A stretch of 64,000 nt of DNA from Acidimicrobiales bacterium (GTDB lineage: Bacteria; Actinomycetota; Acidimicrobiia; Acidimicrobiales; JBOGIG01). The notes beneath the pieces are model-generated. The model saw only the letters and a program-made list of their open reading frames with translations, was not told the origin of the DNA and did no database searches. The DNA is taken from NCBI GenBank assembly GCA_050742455.1, contig JBOGIG010000004.1, positions 9,508 through 73,507 on the forward strand, given 5' to 3'. Of the stretch, positions 49,163-58,318 are shown in pieces (the first letter of the stretch is position 1; each line of letters opens with the position of its first letter). A program made the translations under genes and the position numbers.

Positions 49163-49891
49163 CTATTTCTTCAGCCGCCGGCTGCCACCGTGCCAATCTT
49201 GAACGGCGCCCACCTCGTCCTGGTTCACACCCAATGAGGCCAGTTGGGGGAGCTCCCTCAAGCTGCGCTTCATTTCGGCAAATCCGGGAAAGGCGGCCAG
49301 GCCGATCACGTGGTCCCACAACTTGGCGGCGTCCTCGGCGTTGGGCAGTCGGCTGATGACCGGGCCGAAGAAGGCCACCCCGTCAGGGGGCTGGAAGTGG
49401 ATGATGGGAGTGCCGACATCGCGACCGGTCAAGCCCAGCGCCTCTTCGGTCTCGGAGCGGATCTCTTCGTCCCCCGAAGTGTCGTCCAGGGCCGAAGCGT
49501 AGGCCAAGGCCAGGCCTGCGTCGGCCAGCGCCCCCTCCACCAACTCCTTGGTCCGCCCGGTCCTGTGCTGTGGTGTCGACTCTGGCGGTGGGGCAGTGTC
49601 GAAGATTCGCTTTCCCAATGCTTCGTAGAAGGGCCCGACGGCACTTGGGCCGGCCTCGGCCCGGGCTCGGGCCGCCACCCGCAGCATCTTGAGCCCCGAA
49701 GTGTGCCCGGCCTCGTACTCGGGCGGGAAATGAGCGGCATAGTCGACCTTGGCATTGATCAGGCGCAGCGAGACAAAGCGCCACTCGACGCGGTAGTCCC
49801 GTTGCCCAGCCACCATGCGAACCCACTTGCTGGTCATCCAGGCAAAGGGGCATACCGGGTCAAAGTAGAAGTTGACGTCGGCATCGCCCAT
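49163..49891 (-). CDS. DsbA-like thioredoxin-fold protein of the Rv2466c (mycoredoxin-2) type, CPFA instead of CPWC
   Basis: FYFDPVCPFAWMTSKWV and GTPIIHF...VAFFGPVISRLP..AAKLWD...FAEMKR parallel the recalled Rv2466c sequence. The whole protein has a single Cys. Confidence 0.65.
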   Translation of the reverse strand: MGDADVNFYFDPVCPFAWMTSKWVRMVAGQRDYRVEWRFVSLRLINAKVDYAAHFPPEYEAGHTSGLKMLRVAARARAEAGPSAVGPFYEALGKRIFDTAPPPESTPQHRTGRTKELVEGALADAGLALAYASALDDTSGDEEIRSETEEALGLTGRDVGTPIIHFQPPDGVAFFGPVISRLPNAEDAAKLWDHVIGLAAFPGFAEMKRSLRELPQLASLGVNQDEVGAVQDWHGGSRRLKK

Positions 49892-49963
49892 GAAACGACC
49901 TTACCGGCTGCCCATCCCCGATCCGGCCCTGGGCCCGCGGCGTGACCGCGGCCCAAGAGTCTG

Positions 49964-51940
49964 GTGTCGACTTCGATACCCCATGTTCTCAAGCATCGAT
50001 GCCCCGATGCCGAAATTGGTCCAATGAGCCACGATGTCGACGTGGGTGGCCTGCCTGGTGCGACCGGGAGCGCCGAGACCAGGTCACGGGACAGTTCCAC
50101 CGATACGACGGGCACGAATACCGGGCCGGGGCAGACCGGGGAAGTCGTCCTCGCCTCGCTACTCAGCCGGTTTCCAAATGCCATGGTCTCGGCCATCAAC
50201 GAATCCGGACTGGCCATACCGGTCCCCCATGCCCTGCCCCTGGCCGGGCACCGCCCCATAGCCTCGACCTTCGAGATCGTGATTCCCGCCGATCGGGTCG
50301 TGATCATTGACCTCTACGCTCGTGCCCGGGTTGGTGGCCTGGCCAGCGGGCCGGTCCACCTGGCCGAGGATCCGGGACGGGGCGTCACCGTGTATGTGGT
50401 CGATGCCCGCAAGGGTTTTGGGGCCTTGATCGCCATTTTCGGGGATGGCTTCGATGACGCCGGCGATGCAGCGACGGAATGGGCACTGCCCCAGCTTCCC
50501 GCCCGCCTGGGCCGGGCCCACAAGGACAGTTCAGCCATCTATCTATCAATCGATGCGGCCCTGACCGAGATCTTGGGCTGGCCGGCCCAAGAGCTGGTCG
50601 GCCGCCGGGCGCTGGAGATTATCCACCCCGATGATCGGGACGATGCCATCGCCAACTGGATCGACATGCTGGCCCATCCCGGCCCGGGCAGTCGGGTCAG
50701 GCTTCGCCACGAACACCGCGACGGGCGCTGGGTGTGGCTCGAGATCACCAATCACAACCGGCTCGACGATCCGACCCACGGTGACGTGGTGGCCGACATG
50801 GTCGACATCTCCCTGGAGATGGCCGCCCATGAGGCCCTCCAGGCTCGGGAGCAACTCCTCAATGAGCTGGCCGAGACGGTCCCACTGGCCTTGTTCCACG
50901 CCGCCTTGAACGGCGACATCCTCTTTGCCAACGAGCGGCTGTCCGAAATTCTCGGAGTGGCGTCGATTACCCGCATGGATGACCTGGCCGGCGCCATCGA
51001 GCCCGAGGATCGGCCCGCGATGAACCGGGCCGTGAAGACCACCTTGGCCGGCCTGGGTGACGCCGATCTGGAGCTACGGATCAGTTCTGACGGCCCCCGC
51101 TATGGGGCTCTGCGTCTTCGGACCCTGGTCCACCCCACCGGCGGCCTGGCCGGAGTGATCGGTTGCCTGGAGGACGTTACCGAAAGCGTGCGCATGAGAC
51201 GGCGCCTGGAGATTCAGGCCACGTTCGATCCCTTGACCAAGTGCTACAACCGGGTCTCGGCCATGGGCGCCATGAGCAGCGCCATCGCAGACGTCGACCG
51301 TCGCCTCTCGGCCGGAATGGCCCTGGTCTACGTCGATCTCGATCAGTTCAAGCCGGTCAACGACGCCTTCGGCCATGCCACCGGAGACCAATTGCTCACG
51401 GTGGTGGCCGAGCGCCTCCACGGGGCGGTGAGGGCGGGCGATGTGGTGGGGCGGATCGGCGGCGACGAGTTCATCGTGATCTGTCCCCAGGTGGGATCGG
51501 GACCAGACGCCCTCCGGATCGGCCAGTCCATCGCCGCCGGCCTGAGTGGTACAACCGAGATCCACGGCGCCGCTATACCGATCCGAGCCAGCATCGGCGT
51601 GGCCTGGACCGACGATGTCGACCTCGACGCCGAGCAACTGGTCGCCGCTGCCGATGGCGCCATGTATGCCTCAAAGCGGGATGGAAACTGCCTACCGGTA
51701 CTGGCCGAACCTCTTAGTTCTCGCACCAGCCCAAGGCACCGACGGGGCCAGGGGCCTGGACCATGGCCGGCATCATCGCCGACACAGGATGCTCAACTGG
51801 TCAAGGAACTCACCCAGATCGCGGGTCTTGTCGATAACGCCATCGGCGGCATCTCCCCCATCGGCCAGAACCGTGGCCGGATCCAACGCCGTGAGCAGGA
51901 CGATCGTGGCGCCGGGGGCCGCTCGCCGCAAAGCCGGTAG
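49964..51940 (+). CDS. PAS-domain diguanylate cyclase (GGDEF)
   Basis: It has PAS-like segments (ILGWPAQELVGRRALEIIHPDD) and a GGDEF domain (DPLTKCYNR...RIGGDEFIVI). The start is uncertain. The low-complexity tail overlaps the convergent gene. Confidence 0.82.
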   Translation: MSTSIPHVLKHRCPDAEIGPMSHDVDVGGLPGATGSAETRSRDSSTDTTGTNTGPGQTGEVVLASLLSRFPNAMVSAINESGLAIPVPHALPLAGHRPIASTFEIVIPADRVVIIDLYARARVGGLASGPVHLAEDPGRGVTVYVVDARKGFGALIAIFGDGFDDAGDAATEWALPQLPARLGRAHKDSSAIYLSIDAALTEILGWPAQELVGRRALEIIHPDDRDDAIANWIDMLAHPGPGSRVRLRHEHRDGRWVWLEITNHNRLDDPTHGDVVADMVDISLEMAAHEALQAREQLLNELAETVPLALFHAALNGDILFANERLSEILGVASITRMDDLAGAIEPEDRPAMNRAVKTTLAGLGDADLELRISSDGPRYGALRLRTLVHPTGGLAGVIGCLEDVTESVRMRRRLEIQATFDPLTKCYNRVSAMGAMSSAIADVDRRLSAGMALVYVDLDQFKPVNDAFGHATGDQLLTVVAERLHGAVRAGDVVGRIGGDEFIVICPQVGSGPDALRIGQSIAAGLSGTTEIHGAAIPIRASIGVAWTDDVDLDAEQLVAAADGAMYASKRDGNCLPVLAEPLSSRTSPRHRRGQGPGPWPASSPTQDAQLVKELTQIAGLVDNAIGGISPIGQNRGRIQRREQDDRGAGGRSPQSR

Positions 51941-53623
51941 GGCGGCTATGCCACTGGTCCCGGGCATGGCCACATCCAACACGATGAGATCGGGTTGGAG
52001 GCTCCCGGCCAGCACGATGGTCTGGGGCGTGTCTGACGCCTCGCCAACCACCATGAAGCCTTCCTCGGTCTGAAGGGCGATTCGCAACATGGCCCGAAGA
52101 CCGTCCCGGTCGTCGGCCAGCAGGACACTCAGGTCGGCCGATGGCCGTGTGGGGCGAACCGACCCGAAGGCATGGTCCAACCAGGCTTCGACCTCGACCG
52201 CCTCACAAGGTCGGAGCCAGTTGAAACCTTGGGCCAGGTCGCAGCCCATCTCGGACAGCACCTCGAGCTGGTCCATCGTCTCGACTCCCTCGGCTAACAC
52301 GCTGATGCCGAGAACCTGGCTCAGATTGATCACGCTGGCCAGGATGGCGACGTCTTCGGGATTGGTGGCCACGCCGGCCACGAAGGAGCGATCCACCTTG
52401 AGTTGATCCACCGGGAGGCGCCTTAGGTAGCTGAGCGATGAATAGCCCGTGCCGAAGTCATCGATGGCGATTCCGACGCCAAGTGCCTTCAGCTCGGCCA
52501 GGCGGGCAATCATCCCGTCGGCATCGTGGGCCATGGAGCTTTCGGTGATCTCCAGGACAAGTGCCGCCGGATCCAGTTTGGCCTCCCGCAGGGCGTTCGC
52601 GATCTCGCCTACGAGGCCGGGGTCTTGCAGCTGTACGGTTGACACGTTGACGGCCATGGTGAAATCGCCTCCCAGGACTTGGCGCCACTCCTGTACCTGC
52701 CTGCAGGCCCTGCGCAGGACCCAGGCGCCGATGGAAACTATGAGTCGGGTCTTCTCGGCCATCTCGATGAATTCGTCCGGCCCCAGCAACCCTCGCTCAG
52801 GGTGGTTCCAACGCAACAGGGCCTCGAACCCGCTCACCGCGCCGCGGCGTACATCCACAACGGGCTGGTAGTAGACGGCAAGCTCTTGGCGCTGGAGTGC
52901 CCACTCCAGGTCGGTTCTCAGCTGGGATCGCTCGACGGCCGCATCGTGCATGTGCGGTTCGAACAGCTCCCAGCGGGCCTTTCCCTGGGCCTTGGCCGCA
53001 TACATAGCCGTCTCGGCCCCGCTCACCAGGTCTTCCGCCGATTCCCCACCCCGGGCCACGGCGAGGCCGAGGCTGGCTCGGGAATGTAGATCCACCCCAC
53101 CAACCTGGAAGGGTTGGTTCATCTCGGCTATGACCCGTCCGGCAACGGCGGCCGGCCGCCCGGACCGGTCGAATCCCTCGAGAAGGATGGCGAACTCATC
53201 GCCTCCGAGGCGAGCCACGGTGCAGCCCGGCCCCACGCATTGGCTCAATCGCCTCCCCACCGCCACCAGTAGCTTGTCGCCTGCGGCATGACCCAAGCCG
53301 TCGTTGACCGATTTGAAGTCATCGAGGTCCAGAAACATCACGGCCAGGTGGCCGGAAATCGAATTCACGCTCAATGCCTTGTCCGCCCGCAGGGTCAACT
53401 GGTCACGATTGGCCAGACCGGTCAGAGGATCCTGCCAGGCCGCCTTCCACAACTCGAACTCCAGCGTCTCCCGTTCGGTCATATCCCAACGGGGCAGGAC
53501 CACGACGCCCGGTCCGGCCGCATCCCCGGAGGGGAACCACGAGTCCGGCGGGGCCATAAACTCGCCCGGTTCGCCATCGGCGGGGCCACGGGGGCTCTCC
53601 CGATCAGTGCGCATGAGACTCAA
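51773..53623 (-). CDS. GGDEF-EAL protein with C-terminal receiver (REC) domain
   Basis: It has RLGGDEFAILL, the EAL motifs FEALLRW, LEITES and DDFGTGYSSLSYL, and a C-terminal REC (VLLADDRD...DLIVLDVAMPGTSG). Confidence 0.88.
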   Translation of the reverse strand: MSLMRTDRESPRGPADGEPGEFMAPPDSWFPSGDAAGPGVVVLPRWDMTERETLEFELWKAAWQDPLTGLANRDQLTLRADKALSVNSISGHLAVMFLDLDDFKSVNDGLGHAAGDKLLVAVGRRLSQCVGPGCTVARLGGDEFAILLEGFDRSGRPAAVAGRVIAEMNQPFQVGGVDLHSRASLGLAVARGGESAEDLVSGAETAMYAAKAQGKARWELFEPHMHDAAVERSQLRTDLEWALQRQELAVYYQPVVDVRRGAVSGFEALLRWNHPERGLLGPDEFIEMAEKTRLIVSIGAWVLRRACRQVQEWRQVLGGDFTMAVNVSTVQLQDPGLVGEIANALREAKLDPAALVLEITESSMAHDADGMIARLAELKALGVGIAIDDFGTGYSSLSYLRRLPVDQLKVDRSFVAGVATNPEDVAILASVINLSQVLGISVLAEGVETMDQLEVLSEMGCDLAQGFNWLRPCEAVEVEAWLDHAFGSVRPTRPSADLSVLLADDRDGLRAMLRIALQTEEGFMVVGEASDTPQTIVLAGSLQPDLIVLDVAMPGTSGIAALPALRRAAPGATIVLLTALDPATVLADGGDAADGVIDKTRDLGEFLDQLSILCRR

Positions 53624-53871
53624 AAAGGCCGCCGACCGTGCCCCAGTGGAAATTGTGAATACCCATCGTTGTCCCGTCCCTGGTTAGGATCGCTCGCCGA
53701 GCAGACCTCTAGCGGATGGGCCCAGATCCTGCTCTGGCAGCGCCGGCCCTGGTGAACATCATAAAAAATGGCATCCAAACCGTCTATGGGTCGATCGGCC
53801 CATTATCCACTCAACCATCCAATCGGGTCATAGCGTCCTACTCCGACAGACCGGCCCCCGACCCATTCGGG

Positions 53872-54432
53872 TCAGACCGGTCGGGAGATCCGGTACAGCA
53901 CGTGGCGACGCTGAGGGTGGCCGGCGGCCAGACCAGGATGATCAAAATCATCGGATTCCACATGGGACATGCCCAACTTGGCCATAACGCGGCGGGACCG
54001 GTGGTTGGCCGTGGTTGTGAAGGAAACGATCTCGTCCGAACCAAGATTCTCGAAGGCGTGGCCGAGAACGGTCCGGGCCGCCTCGGTGGCCAAGCCGTGG
54101 CCCCAGTAGGGCCGGGCCAGGCGCCACCCGATCTCGGTCGCCGGGGTGAATGCCGCCTCGAACGGGGTGGGATTGAGGCCCACGAAACCCATAAAGACAC
54201 CGGTCTCGGCCAGCTCGGCCGCCCACAGGCCCCAGCCCCGTTCGACCAGAGCGCGGGCCATGCGGTCGGCCAGGACGTCACTTTCCCCTTTCGACAACAC
54301 GCCCGGAAAGTGCTCCATCACCTCAGGGTCAGCGTTAATGGCGGCGAATGGATCCCGGTCGTCGGGGCGCCACGGGCGCAAGAGAACTCGGCCACTGGCG
54401 AGGGCGGGCGGTGGGGCAGTCTGCCCGGTCAA
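53872..54432 (-). CDS. GNAT family N-acetyltransferase (RimJ/RimL-like)
   Basis: It has the LRPWRPDDRDPF...WGHGLATEAARTVLGHAF pattern. A TTG start overlaps the upstream stop (TTGA). Confidence 0.82.
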   Translation of the reverse strand: MTGQTAPPPALASGRVLLRPWRPDDRDPFAAINADPEVMEHFPGVLSKGESDVLADRMARALVERGWGLWAAELAETGVFMGFVGLNPTPFEAAFTPATEIGWRLARPYWGHGLATEAARTVLGHAFENLGSDEIVSFTTTANHRSRRVMAKLGMSHVESDDFDHPGLAAGHPQRRHVLYRISRPV

Positions 54433-55265
54433 GGGGTGTGGTGGTCCAACCAGGCCACGACATCGGCCAGGACCTGGACCCGGTTGATCTCGTTGAACAG
54501 CTCGTGGCGCGCATCCTCGTAGCCAAGGTAGGTAACATCGGCCACGCCGAGTTCCCCGTACGTCCTAGCCAGGGCCGCCCCTCCCCCGCTGAACCCACCA
54601 ACGGCATCTGCGCTGCCATTGAGAATCAGGATGGGCAGGTCCGGGCGAATCCCGGGCGCGGGGGGACCACCCAGATGCAGCAGCTCACCGACGTCGAAAG
54701 CGACTTCGAACCCGCACCACGGATCCTCGATGTAGCGCTGAACCTCAGCGGGATCGCGGCTGAGCCAGTCATAGGGGGTTGCCGCCGGCTCAAACTGGGT
54801 GTTGGGGTCTTCGAGTGACAGGTAATCCATAGTCAGCAAAGTCGAGCCCGAGAGGATGAGCCCGGCCAACTCCGATCCCCACCGGTCGGCTACCCGTTGG
54901 GCCAGGAACGACCCCCAACTGTGGCCCAGCAAGAAGAGGGGGAGCCCATTTTCCTGGCCGGCTGCATGAGCAGTAACGACATGAAGAGATTCGAGAGCCC
55001 CCGCCATGCCGCCCGGACCCAGGTCCCCCAGACCGCTGCCTTCTGCCCCAGTCCGGCCCGACGCCCGGTGGTCATCGGCGTAAACGGTGTAACCGGCTGA
55101 ATTAAGGCCCTGGGCCACCCGGTCGTATCGGCGGGCGTGCTCACCCATGCCGTGGGCCACGTGCACCACACCTTTGGCCGCGCCATCCGGACGCCACCGA
55201 TAGACGTATACGTTCACGCCATCGTCGTCGACGACGGTCAGTGATTCCGGCTCGGTGTTATTCAT
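54429..55265 (-). CDS. Alpha/beta hydrolase (lysophospholipase/monoacylglycerol lipase-like)
   Basis: It has HGMGEHARRYD and the GHSWGS nucleophile elbow. ATG 55265 is preceded by GGGAGGAAGG. The track ORF extension to 55439 is unlikely to be real. Confidence 0.85.
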   Translation of the reverse strand: MNNTEPESLTVVDDDGVNVYVYRWRPDGAAKGVVHVAHGMGEHARRYDRVAQGLNSAGYTVYADDHRASGRTGAEGSGLGDLGPGGMAGALESLHVVTAHAAGQENGLPLFLLGHSWGSFLAQRVADRWGSELAGLILSGSTLLTMDYLSLEDPNTQFEPAATPYDWLSRDPAEVQRYIEDPWCGFEVAFDVGELLHLGGPPAPGIRPDLPILILNGSADAVGGFSGGGAALARTYGELGVADVTYLGYEDARHELFNEINRVQVLADVVAWLDHHTP

Positions 55266-55531
55266 GCAGCCCTTCCTCCCGGCCCGCCCGACCGGCTCGT
55301 GGCCCCGGCGAAACGGTACTCGGCGCGGGCCCACTCCCTGGTCGGATGGACCTGCCACCACGGCCGACCCAGGCCGAGAGGCGAACGACCCGGGCCTTCC
55401 AGCCCCCGAGATGAGGTTGCACCTCCAACCTGGGTGCACTGGCAGAACGACGCCTTGTCCCCGCTGGATTTGGGACGTGGCCCGGATGTTAGAGACACCA
55501 TGGCCGCCAGCAAGGCTTTACCCTGACCAAT

Positions 55532-56731
55532 GTGAAACCGACCTCCTCCCCTTCGGATGCCATCGAGGTCGCACTCGGGGTGGTAGCCGAACGCGAACAC
55601 GAAGTGCACGGCTGGGCGTACCTTGACGCGGACCGAGCCCGTGAAGAGGCCCAGTGTGCACCACGCGGGCCACTCTCTGGCCTGACTCTCGGCGTGAAGG
55701 ACATCTTCGATACCGCCGATCAGCCAAGCGAGTACGGATCGCCGATCTATTTCGGCCACCGACCCCGCGCTGACGCCGCTGTCGTGTCGCTACTGCGCGC
55801 AGCCGGCGCAGTCGTGCTCGGGAAGACGGTCACCGCAGAGTTGGCATGGGTCACTCCGGGCCGCACCACTAATCCCCACCGCATCACGCATACTCCCGGA
55901 GGGTCTTCTAGCGGCTCAGCAGCTGCAGTCGCCGCCGGAATGGTCGACATCGCGCTCGGGACGCAGACGGCCGGCTCAGTCATCCGCCCGGCAAGCTTCT
56001 GCGGGGTGCTCGGCATGAAGCCTACCTTTGGCCTCTTGCCAACGGCGGGAACGAAGCAGATCTCACCGTCGCTCGACACCATCGGGATTTTCGCACGAGA
56101 CTTCGACGTCCTAGACGTTGCATATGCCGCGCTCAGCGGCCGGGCCCAGGTAGCAGACGACTTAGATCCCTCGTTCGTCCTCGTCCGGACGGATCTTTGG
56201 GATGGTGCAGAAGACGACTGTAAAGAAGTCGTCGAACAGGCGGCCGTGAGCCTCGATGCGAAGCCTCGCGAGCTCCCGGAGGCCTTCGCTGGGCTCGCCG
56301 AGGATCTGTCCGTCGTCCAGGCCTACGAAGGTGCCCGCTCACTCGCCTGGGAGCGGACCGTTCACCCCGAACTCCTCTCAAACGAGCTATGCGAGATCCT
56401 CGACAGGGGTGCTCAGATCGAGTTCGAGGAGTACCTGCTCGTGTTGCGCCGCGCCGTCCGGGCTCGCACCCCTGAGACCCTCGAGTCATTGTTTGGTACT
56501 GCGGATGTCATCGTCACGCCAGCAGCCGTTGGTGAGGCTCCCGAAGGCTTGTCCTCGACCGGCGCACCTCGCTTCAATCGGCTATGGACGCTGCTCGGGT
56601 GTCCAGCGCTCACCGTGCCCGGTGCGCTCGGGTCGACGGGAATGCCAATCGGCGTCCAACTCGTGGCGCGCCCGTACCACGAGAGTCTTCTCATTTGTGC
56701 CGGCCGAAAGCTCGCCAGCACGCGTGGATAG
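55532..56731 (+). CDS. Amidase-signature family amidase
   Basis: It has GGSSSGSAAAVAAGMV and an upstream GVKD. The GTG start is uncertain. Confidence 0.85.
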   Translation: MKPTSSPSDAIEVALGVVAEREHEVHGWAYLDADRAREEAQCAPRGPLSGLTLGVKDIFDTADQPSEYGSPIYFGHRPRADAAVVSLLRAAGAVVLGKTVTAELAWVTPGRTTNPHRITHTPGGSSSGSAAAVAAGMVDIALGTQTAGSVIRPASFCGVLGMKPTFGLLPTAGTKQISPSLDTIGIFARDFDVLDVAYAALSGRAQVADDLDPSFVLVRTDLWDGAEDDCKEVVEQAAVSLDAKPRELPEAFAGLAEDLSVVQAYEGARSLAWERTVHPELLSNELCEILDRGAQIEFEEYLLVLRRAVRARTPETLESLFGTADVIVTPAAVGEAPEGLSSTGAPRFNRLWTLLGCPALTVPGALGSTGMPIGVQLVARPYHESLLICAGRKLASTRG

Positions 56732-56925
56732 TCAGCCTTATGGTTCGCGGGCACCCTTTGGCAACCAACGTCAGATGGTCGATCTGGCGATCGATCCACC
56801 CTCATCGACCGTGCGCACAAACCGCTCGAAGGGGAACCATTTGATGTACCTGTAAACGCCGGCGACGGTGCCGCCACGACTCGGCCATGGCTCCGACCCG
56901 CCTAGTCGACTCAGGCCCGTCCCCT

Positions 56926-57780
56926 TCAGGCGTAGCTTCGGAGATGGTCGAGGAGCAACTCATTGAGGCGGTCGGGGGCATCCTCGGGCACCCAGTGGCT
57001 CACGCCGTCCAGTTCCACGAACTTGTAGGCCCCCTCGACGCAGGACTCGGTGGCCTCGGCCGCCTCACGGCCCAAAGCGACATCCTGGTTGCTCCACACA
57101 TAAAGGGTGGGACACGTAATGGGACCGAGGCCAACGCCGTCCCCGGCCGACATGGCCCGGTACCAGTTGAGGGCGGCGGTGAGGGCTCCAGCTTCGCCTA
57201 GGACCTCTATGTACTCTTCGATGTCCTGGCCCACCATGCCCGTAAGCGGATACATGTTGCGCAGACCGGCGGCGTCATCATCCAACAGCCTGCGTTCGGC
57301 CACACCCTCCTGGCGGAAGAAGTCCATGTAGGAGGACCGCTCAGCCTGGTCCCCCCCCGCACCCCGGGCCGAGGCAAAGGCGGCCGGATGAGGGGTGGAC
57401 ACCACCGTCAGGGTTCTGATCCGGTCCGGGTGGCGACCGGCCAGCTGCCAGGCCACAGCTCCTCCCCAGTCGTGGCCGACCACGTCGAATCGAGCCCAGC
57501 CCAAAGCGTCGGCCATGGCGATGACATCTCCCACCAGCTCGACCGCCCGATAGGCCTGGACCGCGGTCGGCCGGGCCCCGGGGGAATAGCCCCTCTGATC
57601 CGGGGCCAGGACCGAGAAGCCGGCCTCGGCCAGGTGATGCATCTGGTGACGCCACGACCACGAAGTCTCGGGGAAGCCGTGCAGAAGGAACACCGGTCGT
57701 GCGCCTTGGGGTCCGGCCTGGCGCACCTTGAAAGTGAACTCCCCTGCCTGAAGCTCTGTCGTTTGTACGCCGCTGGCCAT
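56926..57780 (-). CDS. Alpha/beta hydrolase (epoxide hydrolase/haloalkane dehalogenase-like)
   Basis: It has HGFPETSWSWRHQ and the GHDWGG nucleophile motif. The start is at ATG 57780 inside the longer track ORF. Confidence 0.85.
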   Translation of the reverse strand: MASGVQTTELQAGEFTFKVRQAGPQGARPVFLLHGFPETSWSWRHQMHHLAEAGFSVLAPDQRGYSPGARPTAVQAYRAVELVGDVIAMADALGWARFDVVGHDWGGAVAWQLAGRHPDRIRTLTVVSTPHPAAFASARGAGGDQAERSSYMDFFRQEGVAERRLLDDDAAGLRNMYPLTGMVGQDIEEYIEVLGEAGALTAALNWYRAMSAGDGVGLGPITCPTLYVWSNQDVALGREAAEATESCVEGAYKFVELDGVSHWVPEDAPDRLNELLLDHLRSYA

Positions 57781-57799
57781 GGCCTCGACGTTAGCGGCC

Positions 57800-58318
57800 C
57801 TAAGCCGGGACGAACAGACCCCGCCACTGCCCCGATGACACCCGGTCCCGGACCACCCCCGGTCCCAGCACCAGGCTGTCGGCGGCCACCCGGGAAGCCA
57901 GGGTGCGCCGCTCCAGGTAATCGTGCGCACACCCGGCGAAGAAGCCCATCCGGTATGTAACCAGTTCCTGAGGAGCATTGCCGAGCACTCCCCATACCTC
58001 GAAGGCCCAGCGCAGGTCGTATATGACCGGGGCCCGACCGAAGTGAGCCGCCCGGCGCAGGGCCGTGGCCGTCCCTCCGGCTCGAACGTCAGAGGCGGAC
58101 TCCCCGTCGGACAGCACCAACTGGTCATCGAATCGCTCAGCCAGGCGGAGGGCGTACCCCTGGTCCGGGCCATTGGTCCCGAACATTTCTCCCTGGGGCT
58201 GGGTCAGCGTGCGTATCTCGGCCACCCGGTCAGCCCACCATGGGTCCGGCACGGCCAGCCGGTCGGTGGGCCGAACTCGATCGGCGTCCAGGATGGGGAC
58301 AAAATCCGGCTGGGTCAT
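57800..58318 (-). CDS. Hypothetical protein (172 aa), translationally coupled to cimA
   Basis: The ATG at 58318 overlaps the cimA TGA (ATGA). No family was recognised. Confidence 0.55.
   Translation of the reverse strand: MTQPDFVPILDADRVRPTDRLAVPDPWWADRVAEIRTLTQPQGEMFGTNGPDQGYALRLAERFDDQLVLSDGESASDVRAGGTATALRRAAHFGRAPVIYDLRWAFEVWGVLGNAPQELVTYRMGFFAGCAHDYLERRTLASRVAADSLVLGPGVVRDRVSSGQWRGLFVPA

Noticed and set aside
57781-58173. N-terminal extension of the epoxide-hydrolase-like ORF (and similar extensions of gltX to 46253, the alpha/beta hydrolase to 55439, and the STAS gene to 47548)
   Set aside because: The extensions overlap upstream genes or lack homology. Internal ATGs coincide with the conserved N-termini, and in one case with a strong SD.
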